Shown here piece after piece: positions 1 to 12,627 of a stretch of DNA of 64,000 bases (the stretch's first letter is position 1; the number at the start of each line of letters is the position of its first letter). The position numbers and the translations under genes are program-made. Source of the stretch: Heterodontus francisci (taxonomy: Eukaryota); NCBI RefSeq assembly GCF_036365525.1, contig NC_090396.1, positions 71,383,111 through 71,447,110 of the forward strand, written 5' to 3'. The notes beneath the pieces were generated by a model that did not search any database, was not told the DNA's origin, and worked only from the letters and a program-made list of their open reading frames with translations.

Positions 1-770
1 TCTTCGTTGCCCTCCCTCAATGGCAGTAATATCCTTCATAAGGTAAGGGGACGAAAACCGCACAGTACTCCAGGTGCGGTCTAACCAAGGCTCTATACAA
101 TTGAAGTAAGACTTCATTATTCCTGTACTCAAATCCTCTTGTGATAAAGGCTAATGTACCTTTAGCCTTCCTAATTGCTTGCTACACCTGCATGTTAGCT
201 TTCAGTGACTGATTGATAAGGACACCCAGGTCCCTTTGTATATCTACATTTTCTAATCTCTTTTTAAGAAATACTCAGCACATCTATTCCTCCTACCAAA
301 GTGCATTACCGCACATTTTTCCACATTATATTCCATCTGCCATGTTCTTGCCCATTCACCTAAGTCTGTCCAAATCCCCTTGAAGCCACTTTGCATCTTC
401 CTCACAACATATTCCCATCTAGATTTGTGTCATCCAAGAACTTGGAATTATTACATTTGGTCCCCACATCCAAATCATTGATATATATTGTGAACAGCTG
501 GGACCCAAGCACTGCTTCCTGCGGTCCCCCAATAGTCTCAGCCTGCCAACGCGGAATGACCTGTTTATTCCTACTCTCTGCTTTCTGCCTGTTACCCAAT
601 CCTTAATCCATGCCAGTATATTACCTCCTATCCCATGTACTACATCTACTGGTTCCCCTTTATCCATCCTGCTCGTTACTTCCTCAAAGAACTCTTGTCA
701 ATTTGTCAAAAACAATTTTCCTTTCATGCAATCAAGCAGAGTCAACATGGTTTTATTATGATTTTCTGAA
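1..770 (-). mobile_element. Decayed CR1 LINE fragment (RT region)
   Basis: Minus ORFs DKGEPVDVV...ILAWIKDWVTGRKQRVGIN and LFTIYINDLDVGTKCNNSKFLDDTNL. Confidence 0.85.
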
Positions 771-786
771 TATCCTGCTACTAGTC

Positions 787-1266
787 ATTGGCCTCCTTGT
801 CTCGAGAGACAATGGGTAAGCGCCTGGAGGTGGTCAGTGGTTTGAGAAGCAGTGCCTGGAGTGGCTATAAAGGCCAATTCTAGAGTGACAGACTCTTCCA
901 CAGGTGCTGCAGATAAAATTGGTTGTCGGGGCTGTTACACAGTTGGCTCTCCCCTTGCGCTTCTGTCTTTCTTTCCTGCCAACTGTTAAGTCTCTTCGAC
1001 TCGTCACGCTTTAGCCCCGCCTTTATGATTGCCCGCCAGCTCTGGTGATCGCTGGCAGCTGACTCCCACGACTTGTGATCAATGTCACAGGACTTCATGT
1101 TGCGTTTGCAGACGTCTTTAAAGTGGAGACAAGGACGGCCGGTGGGTCTGATACCTGTGACGAGCTCGCTGTACAGTGCATCCTTGGGGATCCTGCCGCC
1201 TTCCATGCGGCTCACATGGCCAAGCCATCTCGAGCGCCGCTGGCTCACTAGGGTGTATATGCTGGA
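787..1266 (-). mobile_element. RTE-clade LINE 3' fragment
   Basis: SQRRSRWLGHVSRMEGGRIPKDALYSEL...GRP; reverse complement of 7855-8325. Confidence 0.88.
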
Positions 1267-1765
1267 GGGACACCAGCAGGGTTCTGTTGGGCTGAATGGC
1301 CTAATTCTCTGTTATTAGCTACATAAGATTGAAGAGACTTTAATATGTTCTCGTAATTTTTAAATGTCATTTTTCCTTTTTTACATTCAACATTGTCCTT
1401 TTTTTAATAAGCAACAATCTCAAGGATGTGGTTGTGTGGTTTAGAACTGCTAACACTATATCATGTACTACTTGCCTTTTATTTTCAAACTCTTTTCAAA
1501 ATGAAAACTGGTTCAGCTGCAACAGGCGGAAACTTGCAGAAACCACAGTTATAAGCTTATTTGTCATTCTTGCACTTCTTCATTTAGCTGTAGCATGTAC
1601 TGTCTTTTTTTCAAGCAGTGTGCATGGATTGTGAAGTCCCTGCTGCACTTTAGAAGGCATGCAAGAATATTTTTTTATCTTAATTCCTTGATGACCTCAT
1701 TCCTCCCTGTCTTGTTACTAGGCTGTTTAGAACAGTAAAGTTGCAACTCCAGCCCTCTATCTTAA

Positions 1766-1994
1766 GGTTTCCTCCCACATACCAAAAGACTTGCAGGTTG
1801 ATAGGTAAATTGGCCATTATAAATTATCACTAGTGTAGGTAGGTGGTAGGGAAGTGTAGGGATGTTTGGTAGGAATATGGGATTAGTGTAGGATTAGTAT
1901 AGATGGGTGGTTGATGTTCGGCACAGACTCGGTGGGCCGAAGGGCCTGTTTCAGTGCTGTATCTCTAATCTAGTCTAATCTAATCTAATCTAAT
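1766..1994 (+). mobile_element. 5'-truncated V-SINE (HE1-like) with (CTAAT)n tail
   Basis: ggtttcctcccaca...aaagacttgcaggttgataggtaaattggcc...gggccgaagggcctgtttcagtgctgtatctct, same as copies at 16706, 29506, 45486. Confidence 0.8.
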
Positions 1995-4304
1995 GGACTT
2001 CAGATCCTTCTGGATTCAGTTTCGTGTGTCTTTTTCTTTTCATTTCTTCAGTCCCACTCTCTCTTGCTTTCCCCTTTTTTCTCACCCTCTCCAATTTTCT
2101 CCTCATCCCTAAAGCACAGATTTGCTGGGGGTAAAGTTCCATGGTCTCCAAGTGCATTCTGGTACCATGCACAAGTAGCAATTCTCTATGTGTAAGCATT
2201 GGTAGGCTATTTAACCATGGAAGGCATCGCAACAAACCCAGATTCTAATAACGAGAGGCTGGAATCTTGGCTGTTTTGTGAACCTTCCCCAGCCACTGAC
2301 ATTCCTTTCATTACCATGTGTAGTTTAGCTAATTTAGCAGAGGAGTGTATCTGGAACTCTCCTATCAGTCTAGTTTAGTACCTCAATTGATGGTGTGTTT
2401 ACCATGGGGGGAGCTGATACATTCCCTCTCGCTTCCCTTTTTAAAAAAAAAACATTCTGAAGGGTGTTGGCTATGAAATGATTAGGTGTGTTGTTAAAGT
2501 GCAGCAAGCATGAGGAAAAATGTATTTTGACCCAAATTCTGTTTATGTCGACTAATTCTGAAACATGTGTCTCCATTTTGGAGCAAGTTGTACCGGTGAG
2601 CCTGTGTGGCTCAGGACTCAGAGGTACTGAACCACACAGCGGGGAAGTTCCAGATTCGCTTTTCTGCTGACTTAGCTAAGCTGTGAACAGTAATGGGAGG
2701 GGTTTTATATTCATTCTGTCAGATGAATAAACTAGTTATGGGCTTGTCTGAGATTAGGCTCCAAAATGATGGGTGCTGATGCATTTGGCCAAAGGAAATC
2801 AGAGTGGGGCTTGACTATGACATTTGGGAACTGAAACAGTAACAAGGCTTAAAAGAAGATGGACGGTCAGGTCAAAGCCAAATAAAAAAAACATAATCCT
2901 TTAAAGCATCAAAGCTCGGTTTGTGTTACCAGCTTGGCTTAGTTGATAGCACTGCCCCGTCTAGGTCAGAGAGTTGTGGGTTCCAGTCACATTTACTTGA
3001 GTGTGTAATTTAGGTTGAGAGTACAGCATCAAAGGCGTGTTGCATTGTTAGAGGTGCTATCTTTTGGATGCGATGATAAAGAACTTGTGGCACCAACATA
3101 TGAAAAATGATAGAGGGAAAAACCTACTGGTTCATCTAGTCTGTCTCTCAAATGTGATGCACAAGGCATCACATTATAAACACTCTCCATCCTACTATGT
3201 AATCTACTGGGAGAGTCAAGAAACCAGATAACCCAATTAGAGGGAGGGGGGGGGAGCGAAATCTAATTCCTCTGCCACCCCCTTGGGCAATTGAAACCAG
3301 TCGGGGAGTTCACGCTGGCCCTGATTAGTGTTACACGGTACCTATTTTATATGAAGTGATCTCTGCTCCAGCCAGAAACAAGTCCAGCTCTTGCTTGAAG
3401 GAATTCAATGAGTCAGCAGATTTTTAAAAATATTTGTTCGTGGGATGTGGGTGTCGCTGGCAAGGCCAGCATTTATTGCCCATCCCTAATTGCCCTTGAG
3501 AAGATGGTGGTGAGCTGCCTTCTTGAACCACTGCAGTTTTTGGGGTGTAGGTACACCCACAGTGCTGTTAGGAAGAGAGTTCCAGGAATTTGACCCAGCT
3601 TGTTCCACAGGCCCACAGTTCTTTGGGAAAAGAACCACCTTCTGATATCTGGTCCTTCCTACCTATTTAGTTGAAACAAACTGTCTATTCAAACACCATT
3701 TAAACCCTTAATCATCTTATAAACTTCTATCAAATCACCCCTAAGTGTACGCTTCTCCAAAGTGTTGAGACACTGCTCTTTGAATCTATCTGGATAACTA
3801 AGATGCTTTTACATTGGGAATTTAGCAGTCCTTCTCTTTTTAAAAGCCTCAATATACCCACCAGTGAGGAGACCAAAACTGGACATAGTATTCTAATTGA
3901 GGCCGAAACAAGGTATTGTACAAAGATGAAAGAGCATGCTCTTTTTCATAGTGAATTGTCCTGTAAATGCTCCCTTGTTGTAACTATTGCTTCCCTATTT
4001 GAAGAAGAGCGGAAGTGTCCCAGTATCCTGGCCAACATTCCTCCTCACTGTAGGCAAATTGGTTCTCACATTTGCCAACAGAAGACTTTGAAAGTACATC
4101 ATTAGTTGTGAAGCTGTTTGGAATATCTGGGGATATAAATGCTATATAAGTGCTATATAAATGTAAGGGCTGCTTCTTGTAGCTGCAACTAAATATTTTT
4201 GTTTAAATAAGATGTTCTGATGCTTCCAAATTATGGCCCATGGATCTCTTAAGAGACTATTTGGCCCACGATTCCCAGACATTGTGATTCTGTTTACACT
4301 TTTT

Positions 4305-4692
4305 TTTAAAATTAGTTTGTGGGATGTTGGCGTTGCCGGCTTGTTCAGCATTTATTGCCCATCCCTAATTGCCCTTGAACTGAGTGGCTTGCGAGGCCAT
4401 TTCAGAGGGCATTTTTTAACTACATTGCTATGGGTCTGGAGTCACATGTAGGCCAGACCAGGTAAGGACGGGCAGATTTCCTTCCCTTAAGGATATTAGT
4501 GAACCAGATGGGTTTTTACAACAATCGACAGTGGTTTCATGGTCACCATTAGACTAGCTTTAAATTCCAGATTTATTAATTGAATTCACATTTCACCATC
4601 TGCCTTGTTGGGATCCGAACCCATGTACCCAGAGCATTAATCTGGGCTCTGATTACTATTCTAGAGACATTTCCACTACACCACCACCTTGC
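4305..4692 (-). mobile_element. tRNA-derived SINE whose 3' tail matches the LINE at 41915-42950
   Basis: Core ggttcactaatatccttaagggaaggaaatctgcc...cctacatgtgactccagacc on minus strand; tail agggcaattagggatgggcaataaatgct; further copies near 21125-21540 (-), 32410-32670 (-), 57600-57965 (+). Confidence 0.75.
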
Positions 4693-4917
4693 CTTTCTTT
4701 CTCATTGGTTTGTTCTCTTGACTGTTCTTAATGTTGTCTCATCGGGGCTAATTCTGAAAACAGAATGCTATGATCTGATTATGTGTGAAGTGCCATTGTA
4801 AATTCTCCTGATTCTGCCTGTAATGGACCCACATTTGTCTTAGCCAGGCAATTCCTTTTTGCTTACATGTAAAGGCTTTTACAGTCCGTTTTTATGTTTT
4901 TTGCTAGCTTGCATTCG

Positions 4918-6136
4918 ACTCAAACCGAAGACGTTACATCACTCCAAGCAGAATGCCTGCCCGCGCATTAACCCTACCAGAATTTCTTACCCACAGCTGT
5001 CACAAAAGTTTCTCAATTCGCTTGAAAAAGCCCTTTAAAACAGTCCTGCAGGGGATGCAGAGACCATTGGGCCCACATCAGAGACACCATCTATGACTCA
5101 GCAATGACCACCTTTGGCAAACGTGAGAAGCAGAATGCAGACTGGTTTCAATCTCACTTTGAAGAGATGGAACCAGTCATAGCTGCCAAGTGCAATGCAC
5201 TGCTGAACTACAAGAAAGCCCCCAGCGAGTTAACATCCTTAGCACTGAAAGCCGCCAGCAACACCGCGCAAAGAACAGCCAGGCGCTGTGCAAACGACTA
5301 TGGGCAACACCTATGCAGTTGTATTCAGCTGGCCTCCGACACCGGAAATATCAGAGGAATGTATGATGGCATTAAGAGAGCTTTTGGGCCAACCGTCGAG
5401 AAGTTGGCACCCCACCCCCCCCCCCCCCCCCCCCCTTCCTTCCCTTCTTTGGCCTCCTTGTCTCGAGAGACAATGGGTAAGCACCTGGAGGTGGTCCCCC
5501 CCACCAAGTCTAAATCAGGGGAAACGATCACTGACCAATGCAAGCAAATGGACCACTGGGTGGAGCACTACCTAGAACTGTACTGCAGGGAAAATGATGT
5601 CACTGATACCACCCTTAATGCAGTCCAGTCTCTTCCAGTCGTGGATGAGCTGGACGAACAGCCAACAAAATCGGAGCTCAGTAATGCCATCAATTCTCTC
5701 GCCAGCGGAAAAGCCCCTGGAAAGAACGGCATTACCCCTGAAATAATCAAATCTGCCAAGCCTGCTATACTCTCAGCACTCCATGAACTGCTTTGCCTGT
5801 GCTGGGACGAGGGAGCAGTACCACAGGACATGCGTGATGCCAATATCATCACCCTCTATAAGAACAAGGGATGACCACGGTGACTGCAACAACTATCGTG
5901 GAATCTCCCTGCTCAGCACAGTGGGGAAAGCCGTCGCTCGAGTTTTTTTAAACAGACACCAGAAGCTGGCTGAGCGTGTCTACCTGTGGCACAGTGCGGC
6001 TTGCGAACAGAGGGATCCACTGTTGACATGCTGTTCTTCCTTCGCCAGCTACAGGAGAAATGCAGCGAACAACGGATGCCCCTCTACGTTGCCCTTCATA
6101 GATCTCACCAAAGCCTTTGACCTCATCAGCAGACTA
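4918..6136 (+). mobile_element. RTE-clade LINE internal fragment (linker and RT N-terminal part)
   Basis: GKAPGKNGITPEIIK...WDEGAVPQDMRDANIITLYKNKG; DCNNYRGISLLSTVGK; FIDLTKAFD; frameshifted. Confidence 0.9.
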
Positions 6137-6138
6137 AG

Positions 6139-6625
6139 CTAGAGAGGGTGCAGAAATGATTCACAAGGATGTTGCCTGGTTTGAAGGGCTTGCGTTATAA
6201 AGAGATTGAATAGGCTGGGTCTGTTTTCCCTGGAGCAAAGGAGGCTGAGAGGGGACATGATAGAGGTATATAAAATTATGAGAGGCATAGATAGGGTAGA
6301 TAGCCAGAGTCTGTTTCCCATGGTAGGGGTGACTAAAACTAGAGGGCATAGATTTAAGGTGAGACGGAGGAGGTTTAAAGGGGATCAAAGGGGTAAATAT
6401 TTCACACAAAGAATAGTGGGTATCTGGAATGAGCTACCAGAGGAGGTGGTGGAGGCAGGAACAGTAGCAACATTTAAGAGTCATCTGGACAGGTACTTGA
6501 ATGAGCAAGGCATAGAGGGATATGGAATTAATGCTGGCAGCTGGGATTAGTATAGATGGACATTATGGTCGGCATGGATGCGGTGAGCCGAAGGGCCTGT
6601 TTCTATGCTGTATGACTCTATGACA
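6139..6625 (+). mobile_element. CR1 LINE 3' fragment
   Basis: [25 protein letters not shown]...; tail ctgtatgactctatgac. Confidence 0.9.
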
Positions 6626-7305
6626 TGATAGCACTTGTGTCCTGTCTTCCTGTCCCACCCTTGTGTATGGTATGGCACGATAGCGGGTGTCTGGCTGGCT
6701 TTTGATTTGACTAATCCTGAAATTTAAGCTGAATTCAGTTTAACGGTTTACCAGATTTGATCTAGGTAATGAGACAACTGCTATTGTTACTAATTATTGT
6801 TACAGTAACATCCAGAAAATCACAGGCACTATAATAATTAATCTTGTAAGGCCATCCTTATTTAACATTTGCACTTGGATAGCAGCTTTCATGTTGAAAT
6901 GGTCCTAAGTGGCTCACACAATGAGTTACCTTTTGAAGTCCATGTCTGCTATTTTTTGGCCCTCTCCCTTCTATTTCCTGTTGAAATTCTGCTCTGATTC
7001 CTCTCTTCAAAGTGTTTTTTTTCTTTAAACAAAATTATAGTTGGGCCCAGCATTATACAATTTCGGGTGACCCAGGCTCACATACGTCTTCCCTTAGATC
7101 AAATCTGTTTTCACCAGTGATTAGTTACATTGAGTGACATTTACTTCTTCATGTATCTCTCAATCCTGCCCAACTCTCATTTTACCCTTCATCTTTAAAA
7201 TGCACTTTTCTGTTTTTACTCAACGCAGCTCATTACCCACAGTTCAAACACGAGTCTTTTTAAAAAATTTATTGGCTCAACCTATATTTGAGTATGTTAT
7301 ATGTT

Positions 7306-8330
7306 ATACGGAAAGTCCTCATCAGGGAACTCCTCTTTGCTGACGATGCTGCATTAACATCTCACACTGAAGAGTGTCTCTGCAGAGACACATCAACAGG
7401 ATTGCGGCTGCCTGCAACGAATTTGGCCTAACCATCGGCCTCAAGAAAACGAACATCATGGGATAGGACGTCAGCAATGCTCCATCCATCAATATCTGCG
7501 ACCACGCTCTGGAAGTGGTTCAAGAGTTCACCTACCTAGGCTCAACTATCACCAGTAACCTGTCTCTCGATGCGGAAATCAACAAGCGCATGGGAAAGGC
7601 TTCCACTTCTATGTCCAGACTGGCCAAGAGAGTGTGGGAAAATGGCACACTGACACTGAACACAAAAGTCCAAGTGTATCAAGCCTGTGTCCTCAGTACC
7701 TTGCTCTACGGCAGCGAGGCATGGACAACGTATGTCAGCCAAGAGCGACGTCTCAGTTCATTCTATCTTCGCTGCCTGCGGAGAATCCTTGGCATCAGGT
7801 GGCAGGACCATATCTCCAACACAGAAGTCCTCGAGGCGGCCAACACCCCCAGCATATACGCCCTAGTGAGCCAGCGGCGCTTGAGATGGCTTGGCCATGT
7901 GAGCCGCATGGAAGATGGCAGGATCCCCAAGGATGCATTGTACAGCGAGTCGTCACTGGTATCTGACCCACCGGCCGTCCATGTCTCCGCTTTAAAGACG
8001 TCTGCAAACGCAACATGAAATCCTGTGACATTGATCACAAGTCGTAGGAGTCAGTTGCCAGCAATCGCCAGAGCTGGCAGGCAGCTATAAAGGCGGGGCT
8101 AAAGTGTGGTGAGTCGAAGAGACTTAGCAGTAGGCAGGAAAAAAGACAGCAGCGTAAGGGGAGAGCCAACTGTGTAACAGCCCCGACAACCAATTTTATC
8201 TGTAGCACCTGTGGAAGAGTCTGTCACTCTAGAATTGGCCTTTATAGCCACTCCAGGCGCTGCTTCACAAACCACTGACCACCTCCAGGCGCTTACCCAT
8301 TGTCTCTCGAGACAAGGAGGCCAAAGAAGA
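7306..8330 (+). mobile_element. RTE-clade LINE 3' portion with intact 3' end
   Basis: RELLFADDAAL (RT motif), FTYLGSTITSNLSLDAEINKRMGKAS, RLRWLGHVSRMEDGRIPK; terminal hairpin TGTCTC-tc-GAGACA and GAAGA tail. Confidence 0.92.
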
Positions 8331-8801
8331 TTGGTTTTAAACCAAACTGGATAGTGGGATTGGCAATGCTCTCTTCACTTCTGGCATTTGGATTTCATTC
8401 AGACCAATATTAATTGGACCAGAAAGTGTATACTTCAGTGCTTTTATGCTTTTTCTTGTCTCTTCTTCTTCTCTGCCCCCACCCGCCACACCCATATCCT
8501 AAATTAGCTTTGGCTTAAAGGATATTATAAGTTCATTGTGTGCAGAGGGAGCTTTACTGTGTGTTTTATTTGTATTGTGCTTGATGCTGACACTGGTTTA
8601 AGAAGTCAAGTATGTTATCTTAAGTGGGTGTATCATTTTCATCGCTAATGACTCATGTATTTTGTGCATGGAAGTTTTGCCCCAAATTATAGATTTATGT
8701 GAAATTTATTTTCTTTTAAAAAGGCAGCTTATCTGGGAAAAGTGTGGTGATTTATCTTTGGAATAGTTGTCTATATTACCAATGCAAATGAAACTCAATA
8801 C

Positions 8802-9788
8802 TGTTACGAGTGCTTCTGTTTTTTTGTTAAATTATGAGGATTTGTGTTTTAAAACTGGAAAAAGATTCCATAGATGCTGGAATTTTCTTTTTTTTAAAAA
8901 AGAGGTCATCAGAAGGTCTTTTGGACTTGGCTTGTAAACAACAGTTACTGGAAGGCACCTTTGTTCAGATAAATATCCAGCAGGGAGACTTTTTGACTTG
9001 GGGCAGATGTTTACAGAGAAGTGACAGGTCAAGATTTATAGAGGTCAGGAGTCTTGACACCTGAGATATTTTTGGTTTTGCTTTGAACAGGCAGTTGGGG
9101 TATGGAGAGAGTTTTGAAAAGGAGTAAAAGAATCAACCTGCCAAGGACAAACCCCAGCTCTGCCTGTTCCAGCTCTTTGAAAAGCCTGCCAGTTTTTTCC
9201 ATCTCTTTGAGAAGCTCTTAGCAAGTGTAAGAAATAGAGAAATTGATGTTGCATTCCTCCTGCAAGGCCTGCCTGAAACCCCTGTTGCTGCTTTTCTCCT
9301 GGAAAGCCTGCTCAAACAGATCTTCAACATCACCTGAAAAGAACTGTTTTAGGAAGATCCCAGTGATAGTTGTCTACGCATATTTGGGATGGCAAACCAA
9401 AAAAAAAGGACAGCTGACATCTTTCCATGTCTTTTTTTCTCTTCAAGAATTAACAAGTTTTTTTGTAATAGAGCTCTAAAGAGTAAATCTCTGTTTTCAG
9501 TTAACCTGTGTGTGTGCGCGCACGTGTGTGGGGCTAAGGTAAAAAGGGAACTTTTATATTTCAATCTGTGTGTTAATGTCTTGCTTCGTTACTGGTTATG
9601 ATTGGTTTTATAATAAACTGATAATTTTGTTTATTAAAGAAACCTGGTTGGTGTATTTTATTTTTTGTTTAAAAATAGAGTCTATGATTGACTGTATAGG
9701 TAACTGGGGAAAATATTAAATATATGTTGTGACTTGTGGAGAAGTGGAACTAGAAAAACCGTGCATTCCTCCTGCCTCTGTCATGACA
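8802..9788. mobile_element. Solo LTR (987 bp), probably Gypsy-type
   Basis: TGTTACGA...TCATGACA termini, 4-bp TSD ATAC (8798-8801 and 9789-9792); related in opposite orientation to the LTR at 53485. Confidence 0.82.
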
Positions 9789-10224
9789 ATACTGACAAAA
9801 GGAGAGTCAGAATTACATGCATTAAAATATTTTGGCAGTTTCTAACATAAGTTAGGTTATGAAAGATTCATATTAATATAAGTCTTTATTATTAATACAA
9901 TCCAGAGCATTCCCAGAACTCTGAGAAACTGCACAAATATTATAAGGTATTGTGAGAGATTGGGTGGCATTGCCCTCCACTATTGTGACTAAATACTCAC
10001 AGTCTCTGTCCAAACCTTGTAACCTTAGCTGCTGTGCCTCTATTTTGTCTGGCCCTGGGTTTGGAAAGAACAATTAGTAGGAATGATTCACCCTTTAGAA
10101 TTATTCCGATTATAGGCAAATAATGTCAAACTACAACACTCCCATATCACAATGAATTCCCACAACATTTTACTGTATTTGTGTGGTTTGAGTCCTGGGA
10201 ATGCTGTGAAGCTGCATTAACAAT

Positions 10225-10468
10225 AAAGACTTAGATTTATATAGCATCTTTCATAATCCCAGAACTTCCCCAAGCACTTTGCCAATCCCCGTGTACACTT
10301 TTGAAGTGTCGTCAAAATTGTAACGTAGGAAACGCAGCAGTCCGTTTGTACACCGAAACTCCCACAAACAGTAATGTGATCATGACCAGTTAATCTGTTT
10401 TAGTAATGTGAGTTGAGGGATAAATATCAACCAGGACACTGGGGAGAACTCCCCTTCTCTTCAAAATA
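10225..10468 (-). mobile_element. Deu-domain SINE 3' half
   Basis: Reverse complement of the 3' half of the SINE at 39843-40320. Confidence 0.7.
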
Positions 10469-11466
10469 GACTCCAGAAGCTGGCTGAGCGTGTCTATCCT
10501 GTGGCACAGTGCGGCTTGCGAACAGAGGGATCCACATGCCTTCTTTTCGTTCTGCCTTTCTTTCACATGGGTGCTCTCCTGTGAATCCATGAAGTAAATT
10601 TAAGCATTGTTTTAATATGAATGGCTTTCTATGCAAATCTCCTCCCAGTCTTGGAAAATGACTCATGAACTCGGGTGGGGTTGACTTTCACTAAATCGTT
10701 ATGCATGAGACAATCCCAATCCTTAAATATTACAATGTCAGGAAAAGCAGCAAATGCTGAATTATGTTTGACCTGCAGTGATGGGCTGCATCTTGTTCTC
10801 TGCAATAACCTGTATTTTGAGGCATAATCCATAATTATATCTATAGTGTATTACATTATAATCAAAAACTTAAATGTCACTTCCTAGGTAGTTTTTAGTG
10901 TGAATCCCAACCAAGAGGAGAACCATAAGCTGGGGATTTGTGGTGTCTGTTGTGGAAAAAAGAGAGAATGTGGCTTGCATTTTTCATTGTGGTGTCACAA
11001 TATTTAAATATGGTGAAAGCTTAATGCTCTTTATTGTATGTGGGCAGATTGAGGCTGAATGTCCAGTCAGAACAGTTACTATGAGAACTGAAATTGTACA
11101 GAATAAGGAAGCTCCAAGGTTTTGTATCCAGTCTTTGCTGATTTGAGCTTGGGTGGGACGCTTGACCTCACAGCCATTATTCTTGGAGGAGAGGGGCGGA
11201 ATCGCTTAATTGTTATCCTGAGATACCTGCTGGAAAAGCCACATGTTGACCATTGATTGAGGACATCACCTGGCTCAGTTGTGATGCTCTCTCGACTGAC
11301 CTTCACTGCTTAGGTGCTTGTGTGATTAGTGGCCATTTGGCTGAGGTACTGAAAAACATCCAGCACTTGTGAAATTGCATCCCAATATATTCCAACTCCC
11401 AGCTGTATGCCGTAAATATTCCTGTGTACAGTTTTGTTCTGTAAAGGCTGTAGAGACAGGGAGTAG

Positions 11467-12355
11467 AATCATGGAAAGTTTATGGCACTGAAAGAGGCCA
11501 CTTGGCCCATCGTGTCTGTGCCGGCTGAAAAATGATCCACCCAGTCTAATCCCACCTTCCAGCATTTGGTCCTTGGCCCTGTAGATTATGGTATTTGAGG
11601 TGCATCCTTTTGAATGAGTTGAAAGTTTCTGCCTCAACTACTCTTTCAGGCAGTGAGTTCTAGACCCCCACCACCCTTTGCGTGAAAACACTTTTGCTCT
11701 TCTCCCCTCTAGTCTTTCTACCAATCACTTTAAACCTATACCCCTAGTCACTGACCCCTCTGCTAAGGTAAATAGGCCCTTCACCTCCACTCTATCCAGG
11801 CCCCTCAAAGTTTTGTGCATTTCAATCAAATCTCCCTTCAGCCTTCTCTGCTTCAAAGAGAACAACCCTAACCTATCCAATCTTTCCTCATAGTTGCATT
11901 TTTCCAGTCCTGGCAACATCCTTGTAAATCTCCTCTATACCTTGTCTAGTGCAATTACATCCTTTCTGATGAGGTGACCAGAACTGTACACTACTCAAAT
12001 TGTGGCCTAACCAATGATTTATATAGTTCCAGCATAACCTCCCTGCTCTTATTCTATACCTCAGCTAATAAAGGAAAGGATTCCATATGCCTTCTTAACC
12101 ACCTTAATGACCTGTCCTGTGACCTTCGGGGATCTGTGCACATTCACTCCAAGGTGCCTCACTTCCTCTACACTTCTCAGTATTTTCCCATTAATCGTAT
12201 ATTCCTTTGTCTTGTTTGACTTCCCTAAATGTATCACCTCACACTTCTCTGGGTTGAATTCCATTTGCCACTTTTCTGCCCATTTGACCAGACCATCAGT
12301 ATCTTCCTGCAGCCTATAGCTATCCTCCTTGCCATCTATCACACGGCCAATCTTT
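11467..12355 (-). mobile_element. CR1 LINE 3' fragment
   Basis: WAEKWQMEFNPEKCEVIHLG; [24 protein letters not shown]. Confidence 0.88.
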
Positions 12356-12627
12356 GAGTAATGGAGGGATAAAGCTCAGTCAGAAGTTGTTTCTCTGTGT
12401 GTCCTTAGTTATATATTTCACATTATTGTGAAACCAATAAAATACACAATTTTTATTTTGCTTCATTTAACCTGTGGAACATAGGAACAGGAAGATGCCA
12501 TTCAGCCCTTCAAGCCTGTTTCACCATTCAGTGATGTCACAGTTGATCTGTACCTCCCTTTGATTCATTGATACCCTCACCCACAAAAACCTATTGATCT
12601 CAGTCTTGAAAATTTCAATCAACCTCG

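Noticed and set aside
2100-2700. Unique-looking structured sequence as ncRNA
   Set aside because: Resembles degraded pieces near 23050-23350, 47200-47270 and 61080-61430, so more likely an ancient SINE; too diverged to call.
4918-8330. The two + strand RTE pieces as one intact element
   Set aside because: The RT segment between KAFD and FADD is missing, ~1.2 kb of other DNA intervenes and frameshifts are present; cannot tell one insertion from two.
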